From a virus: DNA of 43,380 bases. The stretch covers positions 1 to 43,380 of the IMG/VR virus record IMGVR_UViG_3300025284_000002; one strand, given 5' to 3'. The stretch's first letter is position 1, and the number at the start of each line of letters is the position of its first letter. The notes under the pieces are model-generated. The model was not told the origin of the DNA. It did no database searches and worked only from the letters and a program-made list of their open reading frames with translations. Below, one piece after another: positions 33,191 through 42,621 of the stretch. Both the position numbers and the translations under genes were made by a program.

Positions 33191-34878
33191 TGGCTGAATG
33201 GTCGACAGCTTGCCCTGACTGGGCGGCGCGGTTGCGCGCGGGCGAGTCGATCATTCCGCCGCCGATCTTTCCGGAGCAGGCCGAGCAGGCGCTGGCCATC
33301 TTCAAGCAACTGAAGATTGTCGACGCGCCCGGCAGTCCGACGTTCGGCGAGTCGTGTGCCGAGTGGGTGTTCGACCTGGTGCGCAGCATCTTCGGTGCCT
33401 ATGACGCGAACAGCGGGCGCCGGCTGATCGTCGAGTGGTTCATCTTGATCCCCAAGAAGAACAGCAAGTCGACCATCGCGGCCGGGATCATGATGACCGC
33501 GGTCATCCTGAACTGGCGGCAGTCGGCGGAGTTCTCGGTCCTGGCGCCGACGGTCGAGGTGGCGAACAACGCCTACGCGCCGGCGCGGGACATGGTGCAG
33601 AAGGACGAGGACTTGGACGCGCTGATGCACGTCCAGTCGCACGTCAAGACCATCACGCACCGGGAGAGCAATGCGATCCTGAAGGTGCTGGCGGCGGACC
33701 AGAACACGGTCGGCGGAAAGAAGTCGGTCGGAACGCTGGTGGACGAGCTCCACCTGTTCGGGAAGATGGCCAGCGCCGAGAACATGTTCCGGGAGGCGCT
33801 GGGCGGCCTGGCGTCGCGGCCGGAGGGCTTCGTGATCTGGCTGTCGACGCAGTCCGACGAACCGCCGGCCGGCATCTTCAAGCAGAAGCTGGAGTACGCC
33901 CGCAAGGTGCGCGACGGCGAGATCGTCGACCCGGGCTTCGTGCCGGTGATCTTCGAGCACCCGCCGGAGATGGTCGCGTCGGGCGAGTGCCTTCTGCTGG
34001 AGAACATGGCGCTGGTGAACCCGAACATGGGGTTCTCGGTGGACCAGGCCTTCCTTGAGCGCGAGTTCAAGAAGGCGGAGACGGCCGGCGAGCAGTCGTT
34101 CCGCGGCTTCATGGCGAAGCACGCGAACGTCGAGATCGGCATGAACCTGCGCTCCGACCGCTGGGCCGGCGCGGACTTCTGGGAGCAGCAGGGCGTCGAG
34201 GCAGCGCTGACGCTGGATGACCTGCTCGACCGCTGTGAGGTGGTCGATGTCGGCATCGACGGCGGCGGCTTGGATGACTTGCTCGGCCTGGCGGTGCTGG
34301 GTCGGCTGAAGCTGGGCCCGGCCAGCGTCGAGAAGCGCAAGTGGCTGCTCTGGACGCATGCCTGGGCGCACCCGTCTGTGATGGAGCGCCGCAAAGAGAT
34401 CGCGCCGCGCCTGCATGACTTCGCGAAGCAGGGCGACCTAACGCTGGTCAAGCAGATCGGCGACGACGTGTACGAGGTGGCGGAGATCGTCGCCAAGTGC
34501 GAGGCCTCCGGGCTGCTGGACAAGGTCGGCTGCGACCCGGCGGGCCTCGGCGGCATCCTCGACGCGATGGTCGAGGCGGAAGTCCCGCAGGACAAGGTGA
34601 TCGGCATCTCCCAAGGTTGGAAGATGACCGGCGCCATCAAGACTGCAGAGCGCAAGCTCGCCGAGGGCGGGCTCGTGCATGGCGGCCAGCCTCTCATGGC
34701 CTGGTGCGTCGGAAACGCAAAAGTGGAGCCGCGCGGCAATGCGATCGTGATCACGAAGCAGGCCAGCGGCACCGGAAAAATTGACCCGCTCATGGCGACC
34801 TTCAACGCCGTGACGCTCCTCTCCCTCAACCCAGAGGCCTCGGATCATCTCCAAGGCTTCGTGGACCTGAACGCATGA
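33190..34878 (+). CDS. terL: Terminase large subunit
   Basis: 562 aa with a Walker-A-like LIPKKNSKST, a Walker-B-like LVDELHLF and a nuclease C-terminal half. Followed by the portal gene. Confidence 0.9.
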   Translation: MAEWSTACPDWAARLRAGESIIPPPIFPEQAEQALAIFKQLKIVDAPGSPTFGESCAEWVFDLVRSIFGAYDANSGRRLIVEWFILIPKKNSKSTIAAGIMMTAVILNWRQSAEFSVLAPTVEVANNAYAPARDMVQKDEDLDALMHVQSHVKTITHRESNAILKVLAADQNTVGGKKSVGTLVDELHLFGKMASAENMFREALGGLASRPEGFVIWLSTQSDEPPAGIFKQKLEYARKVRDGEIVDPGFVPVIFEHPPEMVASGECLLLENMALVNPNMGFSVDQAFLEREFKKAETAGEQSFRGFMAKHANVEIGMNLRSDRWAGADFWEQQGVEAALTLDDLLDRCEVVDVGIDGGGLDDLLGLAVLGRLKLGPASVEKRKWLLWTHAWAHPSVMERRKEIAPRLHDFAKQGDLTLVKQIGDDVYEVAEIVAKCEASGLLDKVGCDPAGLGGILDAMVEAEVPQDKVIGISQGWKMTGAIKTAERKLAEGGLVHGGQPLMAWCVGNAKVEPRGNAIVITKQASGTGKIDPLMATFNAVTLLSLNPEASDHLQGFVDLNA

Positions 34879-36176
34879 CGCAAACATTCAACCTCACTGC
34901 CGAGCGCCGCGAGTCGCGCGTGCTGACGGACTGGGTCGCGTCGCGTCCGGGCGGCATGGAGCGCGCGGGCATCCAGAACCAGACCGTGACGAGTTCCGAC
35001 CGCGAGGGGATGATCGAGCTGTTCCAGCCGATCGTCGCTGCGTCCGGCTATCCGGTGACGGACCAGTCGGCCGTTCAAGTCAGCACGGTCTTCGCCTGCG
35101 CGAGCAAACTCGGCGGCGCGGTGCAGCAGCTGCCGATCAACCAGTACCGGCTGCAGCAGGATGGCTCCCGCGAGGAGTCGAAGCGCAACGACCTCTGGTA
35201 TCTGCTCAACGAGTCGCCGGCACCGGCCTGGACCGCAGCGTCGTGGTGGGAATGGATCATGCGCTGCGTCGCCTTCCGAGGCGATCAGCACACCGAGATC
35301 CTGCGCAATGGCTTCGGCACCGTCCGCGGCTTCAAGGTGCACCACCCTGACTACGTGCTGGCGCGCCGCGTGAACTCGCGCTTGGTCTACGACGTCTGCG
35401 ACATCGAGACCGGCCGCGTCTACACCGTCGACCAAGACGACATGCTGCACTTCCCGGGCCTGGGATTCGACGGCCTGCGCTCGCTAAGCATGATCCAGCA
35501 CGGTGCGAAGAACGGCATCGGCAACGCGCTGGCCGCTGCGAACTACACCGGCAAGAGCATCGGCGAAGGCGCCATGCCGCAGATTGCCCTGCAGTACAAG
35601 AACAAGATGAGCCCCGACCAGAAGCAGGGGCTGCGCGAGTCGTTCGTCGCCACCTACGGCGGGGTGAATGGCCGCAAGTTCCCTCTGGTGCTGACCGAAG
35701 GCGGTGAGGCCAAGGCGCTGAGCATCAGCCCAGTCGACATGCAGTTGCTCGAATCGCGCCAGTTCGAGCGCGAGGACATCTGCCAGGCCATGGGCGTGCC
35801 GCCGGTGCTGATCGGCGACCACTCCAAGACCTCAAGCTGGGGCACCGGCATCGAGCAAATCACGCTCGGTTTCGTCAAGTACACGATCAAGCCGCACCTG
35901 AATCGCTGGAAGCAGGAGCTCAATCGCAAGTTGTTCCGCAATGCGGGCCCGTTCCTGGACTTCGACCTCGACGAGCTGCTGCGCGGCGACTCCAAGGCGC
36001 AGGCCGAGGCCGACCGTGCCGCCCTGGGCGGTGCGCAGGGCGACGGCTACAAGACCACGAACGAGGTGCGCCGTGCGCGCAACCTGGCGCCGCTGCCTGG
36101 CGGCGACGAGCTCTACAGGGCGGCCGCCAAGGGCGCCGACGCTACCGAACCCGCACCCAAAGAGGGCAACGAATGA
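34875..36176 (+). CDS. Portal protein, HK97 family
   Basis: QAMGVPPVLIGDHSKTSSWGTGIEQITLGFVKYTIKPHL is a portal signature. ATGA-coupled on both sides. Confidence 0.9.
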   Translation: MTQTFNLTAERRESRVLTDWVASRPGGMERAGIQNQTVTSSDREGMIELFQPIVAASGYPVTDQSAVQVSTVFACASKLGGAVQQLPINQYRLQQDGSREESKRNDLWYLLNESPAPAWTAASWWEWIMRCVAFRGDQHTEILRNGFGTVRGFKVHHPDYVLARRVNSRLVYDVCDIETGRVYTVDQDDMLHFPGLGFDGLRSLSMIQHGAKNGIGNALAAANYTGKSIGEGAMPQIALQYKNKMSPDQKQGLRESFVATYGGVNGRKFPLVLTEGGEAKALSISPVDMQLLESRQFEREDICQAMGVPPVLIGDHSKTSSWGTGIEQITLGFVKYTIKPHLNRWKQELNRKLFRNAGPFLDFDLDELLRGDSKAQAEADRAALGGAQGDGYKTTNEVRRARNLAPLPGGDELYRAAAKGADATEPAPKEGNE

Positions 36177-36904
36177 AGACCAACAAGCTGCTGCAGCTGC
36201 TCAAGGACAACGCGCGCGCCGAAGGCCCCGCGGCCATCCGTGCCGAGGAGACCGATGGCGTTGTTGACATCTACGTCTACGACGTGATCGATGCTTGGTG
36301 GGGCGCCAACGCGTCCGGCCTGGTTTCTGCTTTGAAGGCGGCCGAAGGCAAGGACATCCGCCTGCATATCAACAGCCCCGGCGGCGATGTCTTCGAGGCG
36401 CGCGCCATGGCGGCCGCGATCACTGCGCACGCTGGCAAGGTGACGGCGCATATCGACGGCATGGCGGCAAGCGCCGCGACCTACCTGGCCCTCTCGGCGA
36501 ACGAGGTGCGGATGTCGGATGGCGCATTGTTCATGGTGCACAACTCGTGGACGCTGGCCTACGGCAACCGCACCGAGCTGCGCGCCACAGCAGACCTGCT
36601 GGAGAAGATCGACGGCACGATTTCCGCCGACTACCAGCGCAAGACCGGCGCGAGCGCAGAGCAGGTCGGCGAGTGGATGGACGCCGAGACGTGGTTCACC
36701 GCGCAAGAGGCGCTCGACGCGGGCTTCGTCGACGTCATTGATGCATCCAGCAAGGGCGCGCAGGACTCCGCCGCGCGTTGGAACCTGTCCGCGTACGCCA
36801 ACGCTCCGAAACCCCAGAAACCCGCTGCCCCGGAAGCCGAACCGGCTGCCGTGGCCGCTGCGCTGCAGGCGAATCGCAATCGCATGCGGCTCCTCCAGAT
36901 CTGA
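36173..36904 (+). CDS. ClpP-like (S14) prohead maturation protease
   Basis: INSPGGDVFEARAM...IDGMAASAATYLAL...FMVHNSW (Ser and His catalytic motifs). Confidence 0.85.
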   Translation: MKTNKLLQLLKDNARAEGPAAIRAEETDGVVDIYVYDVIDAWWGANASGLVSALKAAEGKDIRLHINSPGGDVFEARAMAAAITAHAGKVTAHIDGMAASAATYLALSANEVRMSDGALFMVHNSWTLAYGNRTELRATADLLEKIDGTISADYQRKTGASAEQVGEWMDAETWFTAQEALDAGFVDVIDASSKGAQDSAARWNLSAYANAPKPQKPAAPEAEPAAVAAALQANRNRMRLLQI

Positions 36905-36926
36905 CGCGACTCCCGCGTGAGAGCAG

Positions 36927-36950
36927 GCCGCCTTTGGGCGGCTTTTTTTA
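36927..36950 (+). terminator. Intrinsic terminator between the protease and capsid genes
   Basis: The sequence gccgcc-tttg-ggcggc forms the stem and is followed by ttttttt. Confidence 0.7.
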
Positions 36951-36979
36951 TGTCTGTCTCATACCCTGAAAGGTAACAA

Positions 36980-38188
36980 ATGAGCATCCAAGCCCTCCGG
37001 GAGCGCCTCAAAGCCTCCGCTGACGCTGCGAACCACCTCCTGGCTGAAAAGGGTTCCGCAGTCTGGACCGCCGAAGAACAAGCCAAGTTCGACGGTCACA
37101 TGGACGAAGCCGAGCGCGTGAAGTCGCAGATCAAGGCGCATGAGCGCATGATCGAGGCTGGCCGTGACGCCGACTTTGCCGACGCCGCTGCCCAGGCTGC
37201 CAAGCGTGGCGGTTCCGGCTCCGACATGAGCGTCAAGGACGCCGTCGCGATCTACCTGCGCCACGGCGACAAGGTGACCGCCGAGCAGGCCGTCCAGATC
37301 CGCAACGCCATGTCGACCACGACCGGCTCCGAAGGCGGCTTCACTGTCGCGACCGAAGTGCCCGCCATGGTGATCGACGCGCTGAAGGCCTTCGGCGGCA
37401 TGCGCGACGTCGCGAACATCATCTCGACGGCAGCCGGCAACGACTGGCAGTACCCGGCCAGCGACGGCACCTCGGAAGTGGGTGAAATCGTCGGCCAGAA
37501 CACCGCCGCCAGCGGTGCCGACATCACCTTCAGCCAAGTGCCGCTGGTGGTCTACAAGTACAGCTCGAAGAAGATCGCTCTGCCCTGGGAACTGATCCAG
37601 GACAGCGCCATCGACGTCGTGTCCTTCGTGGTCAACCGTCTGGCCCAGCGCCTCGGCCGCATCACCAACACGCACTACACCGTGGGCACCGGCACCGGCC
37701 AGCCCTGGGGCGTGATGGCGCGCGCCACGTCGGGCAAGGTCGGCACGACCGGCCAGACCACGACCGTGATCTACGACGACCTGGTCGACTTGAAGCACAG
37801 CGTGAACCGCGCGTACCGCAAGGGTGCGAAGTTCATGATGGCCGACAGCTCCATCAAGGTGATTCGCAAGATCAAGGACACCGCCGGTCGTCCGATCTTC
37901 ACCCCGGGCTACGAGTACGGCATCACGCAGGACACCCCCGACCTGCTGCTGGGCGACCCGATCACGGTGAATGACGACGTCGCCGCGATGGCCGCCAACG
38001 CCAAGTCGATCGGCTACGGCGACTTCAAGCAGTACACGATCCGTGACGTGATGGAAACCATCATCCGCCGCTTCGACGACTCGGCCTTCGCCCTGAACGG
38101 CCAGGTCGGCTTCTGCGGCTGGCAGCGCACGGGCGGCAACCTGCTCGACACTGCGGCTGTGAAGTTCTACCAGAACAGCGCCACGTAA
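36980..38188 (+). CDS. Major capsid protein, HK97 family
   Basis: 402 aa with an N-terminal coiled-coil delta domain, then TTTGSEGGFTVATEV and the conserved core. Confidence 0.9.
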   Translation: MSIQALRERLKASADAANHLLAEKGSAVWTAEEQAKFDGHMDEAERVKSQIKAHERMIEAGRDADFADAAAQAAKRGGSGSDMSVKDAVAIYLRHGDKVTAEQAVQIRNAMSTTTGSEGGFTVATEVPAMVIDALKAFGGMRDVANIISTAAGNDWQYPASDGTSEVGEIVGQNTAASGADITFSQVPLVVYKYSSKKIALPWELIQDSAIDVVSFVVNRLAQRLGRITNTHYTVGTGTGQPWGVMARATSGKVGTTGQTTTVIYDDLVDLKHSVNRAYRKGAKFMMADSSIKVIRKIKDTAGRPIFTPGYEYGITQDTPDLLLGDPITVNDDVAAMAANAKSIGYGDFKQYTIRDVMETIIRRFDDSAFALNGQVGFCGWQRTGGNLLDTAAVKFYQNSAT

Positions 38189-38196
38189 GCGCCACG

Positions 38197-38218
38197 GGGC
38201 CCGGCTTCGGCTGGGCCC
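38197..38218 (+). terminator. Hairpin after the capsid gene (weak U-run)
   Basis: gggcccggc-ttcg-gctgggccc gives a 9-bp stem with one G-U pair, followed by gcctcttc. Confidence 0.45.
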
Positions 38219-38244
38219 GCCTCTTCAACACAAGAAGGAACACC

Positions 38245-38547
38245 ATGGCAAAAGACAAGCCTGTCGCGCCGGCCGTCGCTGTTGCGGACTCCGCTGCGCC
38301 CGCCGCCCCTGCCGCCGCGCCCGAAGCAACCACGCCTACGGCCCCGCCCGTGACGCCCCCGGCTCCGCCCGCCGCTCCTGAAATGGTGAAGGCGCGCGTT
38401 CTGGTCGACGGCGCGTTCGGCGTCGCAAACAGCGTGGTTGAAGTGCCTGCAACTGAGGCAGAAGCCTCGCCCGAGCTCGACCCGCACCCCGAAGCGGTCG
38501 CCTACGCCGAGAGCCTCGCTGCTCCCGCCGAACCGGCTGCCGAGTAA
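38245..38547 (+). CDS. Ala/Pro-rich head-associated hypothetical protein (100 aa)
   Basis: Track ORF with an AAGGAA Shine-Dalgarno sequence. Sits between the capsid and connector genes. Confidence 0.6.
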   Translation: MAKDKPVAPAVAVADSAAPAAPAAAPEATTPTAPPVTPPAPPAAPEMVKARVLVDGAFGVANSVVEVPATEAEASPELDPHPEAVAYAESLAAPAEPAAE

Positions 38548-38555
38548 GGCCTGAG

Positions 38556-39107
38556 ATGGGCGTCAAGGTCATCACCCCCGCCGCGCAGCAGATACCGACT
38601 GCGGACCTGCGCGCGCACTGCCGCATCGATGGCACGGACGAGGACGCGCTCCTGGCCGGCTATCTGGCTGCGGCCGTGGGGTATGCGGAGCACTACACGC
38701 AGCGCTCGATCGGCGAGCAGACGCTGGAGCTTGCCCTTGACGCCTTCCCCGCATGTGGGGCCATCGACCTGCCTCGCGGGCCGGTGGCCAGCATCGAGAG
38801 CATCAAGTACCTGGACGCGGCCGGCGTCGAGCAGACGCTTTCCGATACGCAGTACTCGCTGGACGACTATGGCCTAGTGCCGCGGGTCATCCTGGTGGCG
38901 GATGCGTGGCCGGCCACCGACGCCGTCGCGAATGCCGTGAAGGTCCGCTACGAGGCCGGCTCGCTGCCTGACGCGGTGAAGACCGCGCTGCTGCTGACCG
39001 TTGGGCACCTGTTCGAGAACCGCGAAGCCACGGCGCCGGACAACCTGGCGGAACTGCCGCTCGGCGTCGACTGCATGCTCGACACCGTCAAGGTCTGGGG
39101 CATGTGA
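38556..39107 (+). CDS. Head-tail connector (gp6-like / DNA-packaging) protein
   Basis: IPTADLRAHCRIDGTDEDALLAGYLAAAVGYAEHYTQRSI is the typical gp6-like signature. Confidence 0.8.
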   Translation: MGVKVITPAAQQIPTADLRAHCRIDGTDEDALLAGYLAAAVGYAEHYTQRSIGEQTLELALDAFPACGAIDLPRGPVASIESIKYLDAAGVEQTLSDTQYSLDDYGLVPRVILVADAWPATDAVANAVKVRYEAGSLPDAVKTALLLTVGHLFENREATAPDNLAELPLGVDCMLDTVKVWGM

Positions 39108-39424
39108 TGCAGGCCGGCAAGCTGCGCCACCGCGTGACGTTCAAGAGCCCGTCGACCGGGCAGGACGAGATCGGTCAGCCGATCGACACCTGGACGCCGA
39201 TGGACCCGATCTGGGCTGACGTTCGCTTCCCGAGCGGGCTGGAGTCGGTCCGGGCCGGCACCGTCGCGGTGTTCAAGCGGGCGAGCATCCAAGTGCGCCA
39301 CCGCACCGACCTGGCGGAGAACATGCGGGTCGAGTTCGACGGCGTCGACTACGAGGTGAAGTCGATCGCGCCGGATCCGACGAATGCGCGCTACCTGAGC
39401 GTGGTCGCGGAGGCGGTGCAATGA
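39104..39424 (+). CDS. Head closure / head-tail adaptor, SPP1 gp16 family
   Basis: GKLRHRVTFKSP...DTWTPMDPIWADVRFPSG...IQVRHRTDL...VEFDGVDYEVKSI. Confidence 0.8.
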   Translation: MMQAGKLRHRVTFKSPSTGQDEIGQPIDTWTPMDPIWADVRFPSGLESVRAGTVAVFKRASIQVRHRTDLAENMRVEFDGVDYEVKSIAPDPTNARYLSVVAEAVQ

Positions 39425-40011
39425 CCAAGCCCAGCCGCATCGCTGCCAACCGCGCCGCGCGCTACGAGGGCCTGAACAGCTTCCGCGTCGGTGCCGACCT
39501 GTCCGGTCTGGATGCGCTGTTCGCGCAGATGGAGGGCGCCATCGAGGAGGCAGTCCGGCCGGCCTCGCAGGCTGCGGCCCAGGTGCTCTACGACGAGGTC
39601 AAGAAGAACGTCGGCCAACTGAAGACGGTGACGGGCAATCTTGACCGGAGCATTTATCAGAAGTTTTCGCCCGAGCAGAGTACGCAGGGCAAGGCGACCT
39701 ATCACATCAGCTGGAACGCCAAGACGGCTCCGCACGGCCACCTGCTGGAGAACGGCTACCTGCAGCGCTACCGCTACTACAAGGGCGCGGACGGCCAAGT
39801 GCGCCCGATGGTGCGCCCAGGAATGGATGGCCAGCCGCGTCCGAATCGAAGCGCCTCGCAAGCAGTGAAGGACGCCTATTACGTGACGCTGCCTGTGCCT
39901 GTCCAGGTGCCGGCCAAGGCTTTCGTGCGCCGCGCGCAGAGCGCGTTCGACCGGGCCTATGCCGCGGCTGAGGCGGAACTGCTGCGACGGATCAACGGGA
40001 GCGCAGCATGA
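39421..40011 (+). CDS. HK97 gp10-like tail component
   Basis: The TGNLDRSIY...HGHLLENGY pattern. ATGA-coupled. Confidence 0.7.
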   Translation: MTKPSRIAANRAARYEGLNSFRVGADLSGLDALFAQMEGAIEEAVRPASQAAAQVLYDEVKKNVGQLKTVTGNLDRSIYQKFSPEQSTQGKATYHISWNAKTAPHGHLLENGYLQRYRYYKGADGQVRPMVRPGMDGQPRPNRSASQAVKDAYYVTLPVPVQVPAKAFVRRAQSAFDRAYAAAEAELLRRINGSAA

Positions 40012-40346
40012 GCATGGAATCAGACCTGTTCACGCTGCTGAAGACGGTGTGCCCTCGGGTGTTCCCGGACATCGCGCCGACGAGCACGGCCAAGCCCTAC
40101 ATCACCTGGCAGCAAATCGGCGGCGCGGTGCTGAACCCGCTGGACAACTCTGTGCCGGGCAAGCGCAACGCGGTGATCCAGATCAACGTCTGGTCCGCCA
40201 CGCGCGCCGAGGCCAACGCACTGATGAACCAGGTGGAGGACGCAATGCGCCCCTTTCCCGCGCGGCCGCAGTCGGCGTTGTTCGCCGACTACGACCACGA
40301 CATGTTGACCTACAGCGCGCAGCAGGACTTCGAACTCTGGCGCTGA
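40008..40346 (+). CDS. DUF3168-type tail completion protein
   Basis: LFTLLKTVCPRVFPDIAPTSTAKPYITWQQIGG...VIQINVWSATRAEANAL. Confidence 0.7.
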   Translation: MSMESDLFTLLKTVCPRVFPDIAPTSTAKPYITWQQIGGAVLNPLDNSVPGKRNAVIQINVWSATRAEANALMNQVEDAMRPFPARPQSALFADYDHDMLTYSAQQDFELWR

Positions 40347-40365
40347 GGCGCTGAGCCCCCTACAC

Positions 40366-40400
40366 AGCCCGCCCCGAGCAATCGCGGCGGGCTTTTTCGT
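40366..40400 (+). terminator. Intrinsic terminator 1 upstream of the tail tube gene
   Basis: The arms agcccgcc and ggcgggct around a 12-nt loop form the stem, followed by ttttcgttt. Confidence 0.7.
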
Positions 40401-40429
40401 TTCCCCGCCCTCTCGGGCACGTCAACCCC

Positions 40430-40454
40430 GGCCGCCGCGAGCGGCCTTTTTCTT
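40430..40454 (+). terminator. Intrinsic terminator 2 upstream of the tail tube gene
   Basis: The sequence ggccgc-cgcga-gcggcc forms the stem and is followed by tttttctt. Confidence 0.65.
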
Positions 40455-40474
40455 GTCCAGAAAGGTAGCCCACC

Positions 40475-41119
40475 ATGGCTTATGCGTTCCCCGAGGGTGC
40501 ACAGATCCTCTTTTCCACGACCTTCGCCTCGGCGAAGACCATCACGGCGATGACCAACGCCAGCCCGGCCGTTGCCACCTCCACGGCACACGGCTACGCG
40601 GACAACAGCGAAATCCTGCTGTCCTCGGGCTGGGAAGACGCGACCGACACCGTGTTCCGCACCGGCGCGATCGATGCGAACAGCTTCCAGGTGAAGGGTC
40701 TGAACACCTCGAACACCGGCTTCTATGTGGCCGGCGCTGGCATCCCGGCATCGGCGCAGCTGATCAGCGGCTGGACGGCGATCCCCCAAGTGCTGACCAT
40801 CAGCACCACCGGCGGCGACGCGAAGTTCACCACGATCAGCCCGCTCGCGCGCCGCAACGACATCAATGTGCCCGTCGGCTTCAATGCCGCATCCACCACG
40901 CTGACGCTCGGCCACGACCCGTCGAACGCCACCTACCAGACCATGATCGACATCAGCCGTTCGCTCACGAAGTGCGCGTTCAAGCTGCTGCTGACCGGCG
41001 GTGGCGCCTCCTATGGATACGGCTACATGAACGTGTCCGAAGTGCCGCAACTGAACAAGGGCCAGGCCAACCAGGTCACCGCTGCCTTCACGTTCATCGG
41101 CCGCACCATCAGCTACTAA
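40475..41119 (+). CDS. Major tail (tube) protein
   Basis: 214 aa, positioned before the G/GT chaperones. TAMTNASPAVATSTAHGYADNSEILLSSGWED is typical of tail tube families. Confidence 0.8.
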   Translation: MAYAFPEGAQILFSTTFASAKTITAMTNASPAVATSTAHGYADNSEILLSSGWEDATDTVFRTGAIDANSFQVKGLNTSNTGFYVAGAGIPASAQLISGWTAIPQVLTISTTGGDAKFTTISPLARRNDINVPVGFNAASTTLTLGHDPSNATYQTMIDISRSLTKCAFKLLLTGGGASYGYGYMNVSEVPQLNKGQANQVTAAFTFIGRTISY

Positions 41120-41132
41120 GAGTAGTTGCCAG

Positions 41133-41155
41133 CGCCCGCTTCGGCGGGCGTTTTC
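41133..41155 (+). terminator. Intrinsic terminator after the tail tube gene
   Basis: The sequence cgcccgc-ttcg-gcgggcg forms the stem and is followed by ttttc. Confidence 0.7.
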
Positions 41156-41211
41156 ATGCCCGCGGGTCGCTCCCGAGTCCGGGCCTTTTTCCTCCTCCTG
41201 AAAGAACAAAG

Positions 41212-41586
41212 ATGGCAACCATCACGCTCGGCAAGCCGCCGAAGAATTTCAAGAAGCTGGTCACGTTCAAGATGCTGGACGGGACCGACGGCACGATCGA
41301 GTGCTTGTTCAAGTACCGGACGGTGACGGCCTACGGCGCGATGAAGGACCAGATGTCCAGCGACCTGGGTCTGAGCGATCCGACGACCGCCACCTGGGCG
41401 TTGATCATGGAGAAGCGCCGCGACAAGGGCGGCGAGTTCCTTGCCCTTGCCCTCGACGGCTGGAACCTCGACGTGGGGTTCACCAAAGAGACGCTGGAGC
41501 AGTTTGCCGACGAATACCCCGGTGGTGTCGCGGCAATCGCGGACGCCTACGACGCTGCAATCGGCCAGGGCCGCCTGGGAAACTGA
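41212..41586 (+). CDS. Tail assembly chaperone (gpG analogue)
   Basis: 124 aa, between the tube and tape-measure genes. It ends with the slippery site. Confidence 0.8.
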   Translation: MATITLGKPPKNFKKLVTFKMLDGTDGTIECLFKYRTVTAYGAMKDQMSSDLGLSDPTTATWALIMEKRRDKGGEFLALALDGWNLDVGFTKETLEQFADEYPGGVAAIADAYDAAIGQGRLGN

Positions 41587-41939
41587 TCTCGGCCGTCGTG
41601 GCGTGGTACGCGCCGGCCGCAGTCGAGCAGCCCACTTCGGATGATCCGAAGCATCAGCCGAATGCCTTCGGCGCCGCCATCACCAATCACTACGCGTCCC
41701 AGAACGCTGAACTTTGGCCCGAAAACTGGGCCATCTGGAGCCTTTTCCGTGGCATCGCCAATCAGTGGCGGCGGGCCGGGATGGGGGGCGCCGCTTACGC
41801 ACTCGACTACGGGGTGCTGTTCCACCGCATGGACCGCATGCGACTCAATGACCGCGAGTACGAAGAGACCTTCGAGCTCATCAAGGCCATGGAGCGCGCG
41901 GCTCTCGAACAAATGAATCAGGGAGTCGACGAAAGCTAG
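41212..41939 (+). CDS. Tail assembly chaperone -1 frameshift product (gpGT analogue), join 41212..41583 and 41583..41939
   Basis: G_GGA_AAC lies in the zero frame at 41577-41583. The -1 frame is open and reads GKLISAVVAWYAP... through to 41939. Confidence 0.7.
41577..41583 (+). promoter_or_regulatory. Programmed -1 ribosomal frameshift slippery heptamer GGGAAAC
   Basis: X_XXY_YYZ is correctly phased, 1 codon before the gpG-like stop. Confidence 0.7.
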
Positions 41940-42106
41940 CCTCGCGCCCTGTTGATGGCCGCCCTGAGCCAGGCCATGCCGAGGCGATCTAGCTTTGCCC
42001 ATTGAGCCGCAGTCAGGCGGATGGACCGAACGAGGAGTTTTTCCTCGGGTGGAGTCGGGGGGCGACCGGGCGGGCGTTTGGCTTCCATGCCCCCGATTGT
42101 ATTGCG

Positions 42107-42142
42107 GGTTGTTGTGTTGCAAAAACAACTGGTTGTTGTGTT
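42107..42142 (+). repeat. 12-bp direct repeat ggttgttgtgtt x2 (42107-42118 and 42131-42142) in an AT-rich leader
   Basis: Read directly. The spacer gcaaaaacaact forms a partial inverted repeat gttg/caac. Confidence 0.6.
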
Positions 42143-42177
42143 ACCATAAACGCTCCAAACTTGAAGGAGCGGCGGGC

Positions 42178-42621
42178 ATGAGTGACCTGAGTGAAATTTA
42201 CGCGGCCCTGTGCGAAGCGAAACGTGCGGTTGATGCGCTGGAAACGTGGCAACTCAATGCCGACGGCGCCGATGCCGTCCGCAGTCGCCGTCGCTCCATA
42301 GAACAAGGCCTTGCGGCCTACGAACGCCTGTCGCGCGACCTGCGAGACGGCCGCAAGCATGTTGAGCCGCCCGAAGATTTCAAGATGACCGAGTGCGGTT
42401 GTAGCTGGCCTAACGCCAGCCCGCCTTGCAGCTATTGCACGGACCCGGCGAACAACGAAGAGAACGAGCCGGCCAAGTGCAACGAGTGCGATGGGCACGG
42501 CTGGTTCTGGGCGACCGATGCCGTGCGCCACCTTTCACCCTCGGGCGAGTATCTGGGCACCGAGCAGTGGCAGCACAAGCGGGAATGCGAGGCGTGCAAG
42601 GGCCAAGGGGAGGCGGTCTGA
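42178..42621 (+). CDS. DnaJ-type CxxCxGxG zinc-finger protein (147 aa)
   Basis: GAAGGAG Shine-Dalgarno sequence 8 nt upstream. CNECDGHG and CEACKGQG repeats plus CGC...CSYC. Confidence 0.65.
   Translation: MSDLSEIYAALCEAKRAVDALETWQLNADGADAVRSRRRSIEQGLAAYERLSRDLRDGRKHVEPPEDFKMTECGCSWPNASPPCSYCTDPANNEENEPAKCNECDGHGWFWATDAVRHLSPSGEYLGTEQWQHKRECEACKGQGEAV

Noticed and set aside
33016-34829. Minus-strand ORFs of 466 aa and 418 aa across the terminase gene
   Set aside because: They are antisense shadows of the large terminase, with Arg/Leu/His/Pro-rich translations and no ribosome-binding context.
38245-38547. The Ala/Pro-rich repetitive DNA in the post-capsid gene, considered as a tandem repeat or variable region
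   Set aside because: The repetition is low-complexity codon usage (GCN/CCN) with no exact repeat unit. It is most simply a disordered linker in a small head-associated protein.
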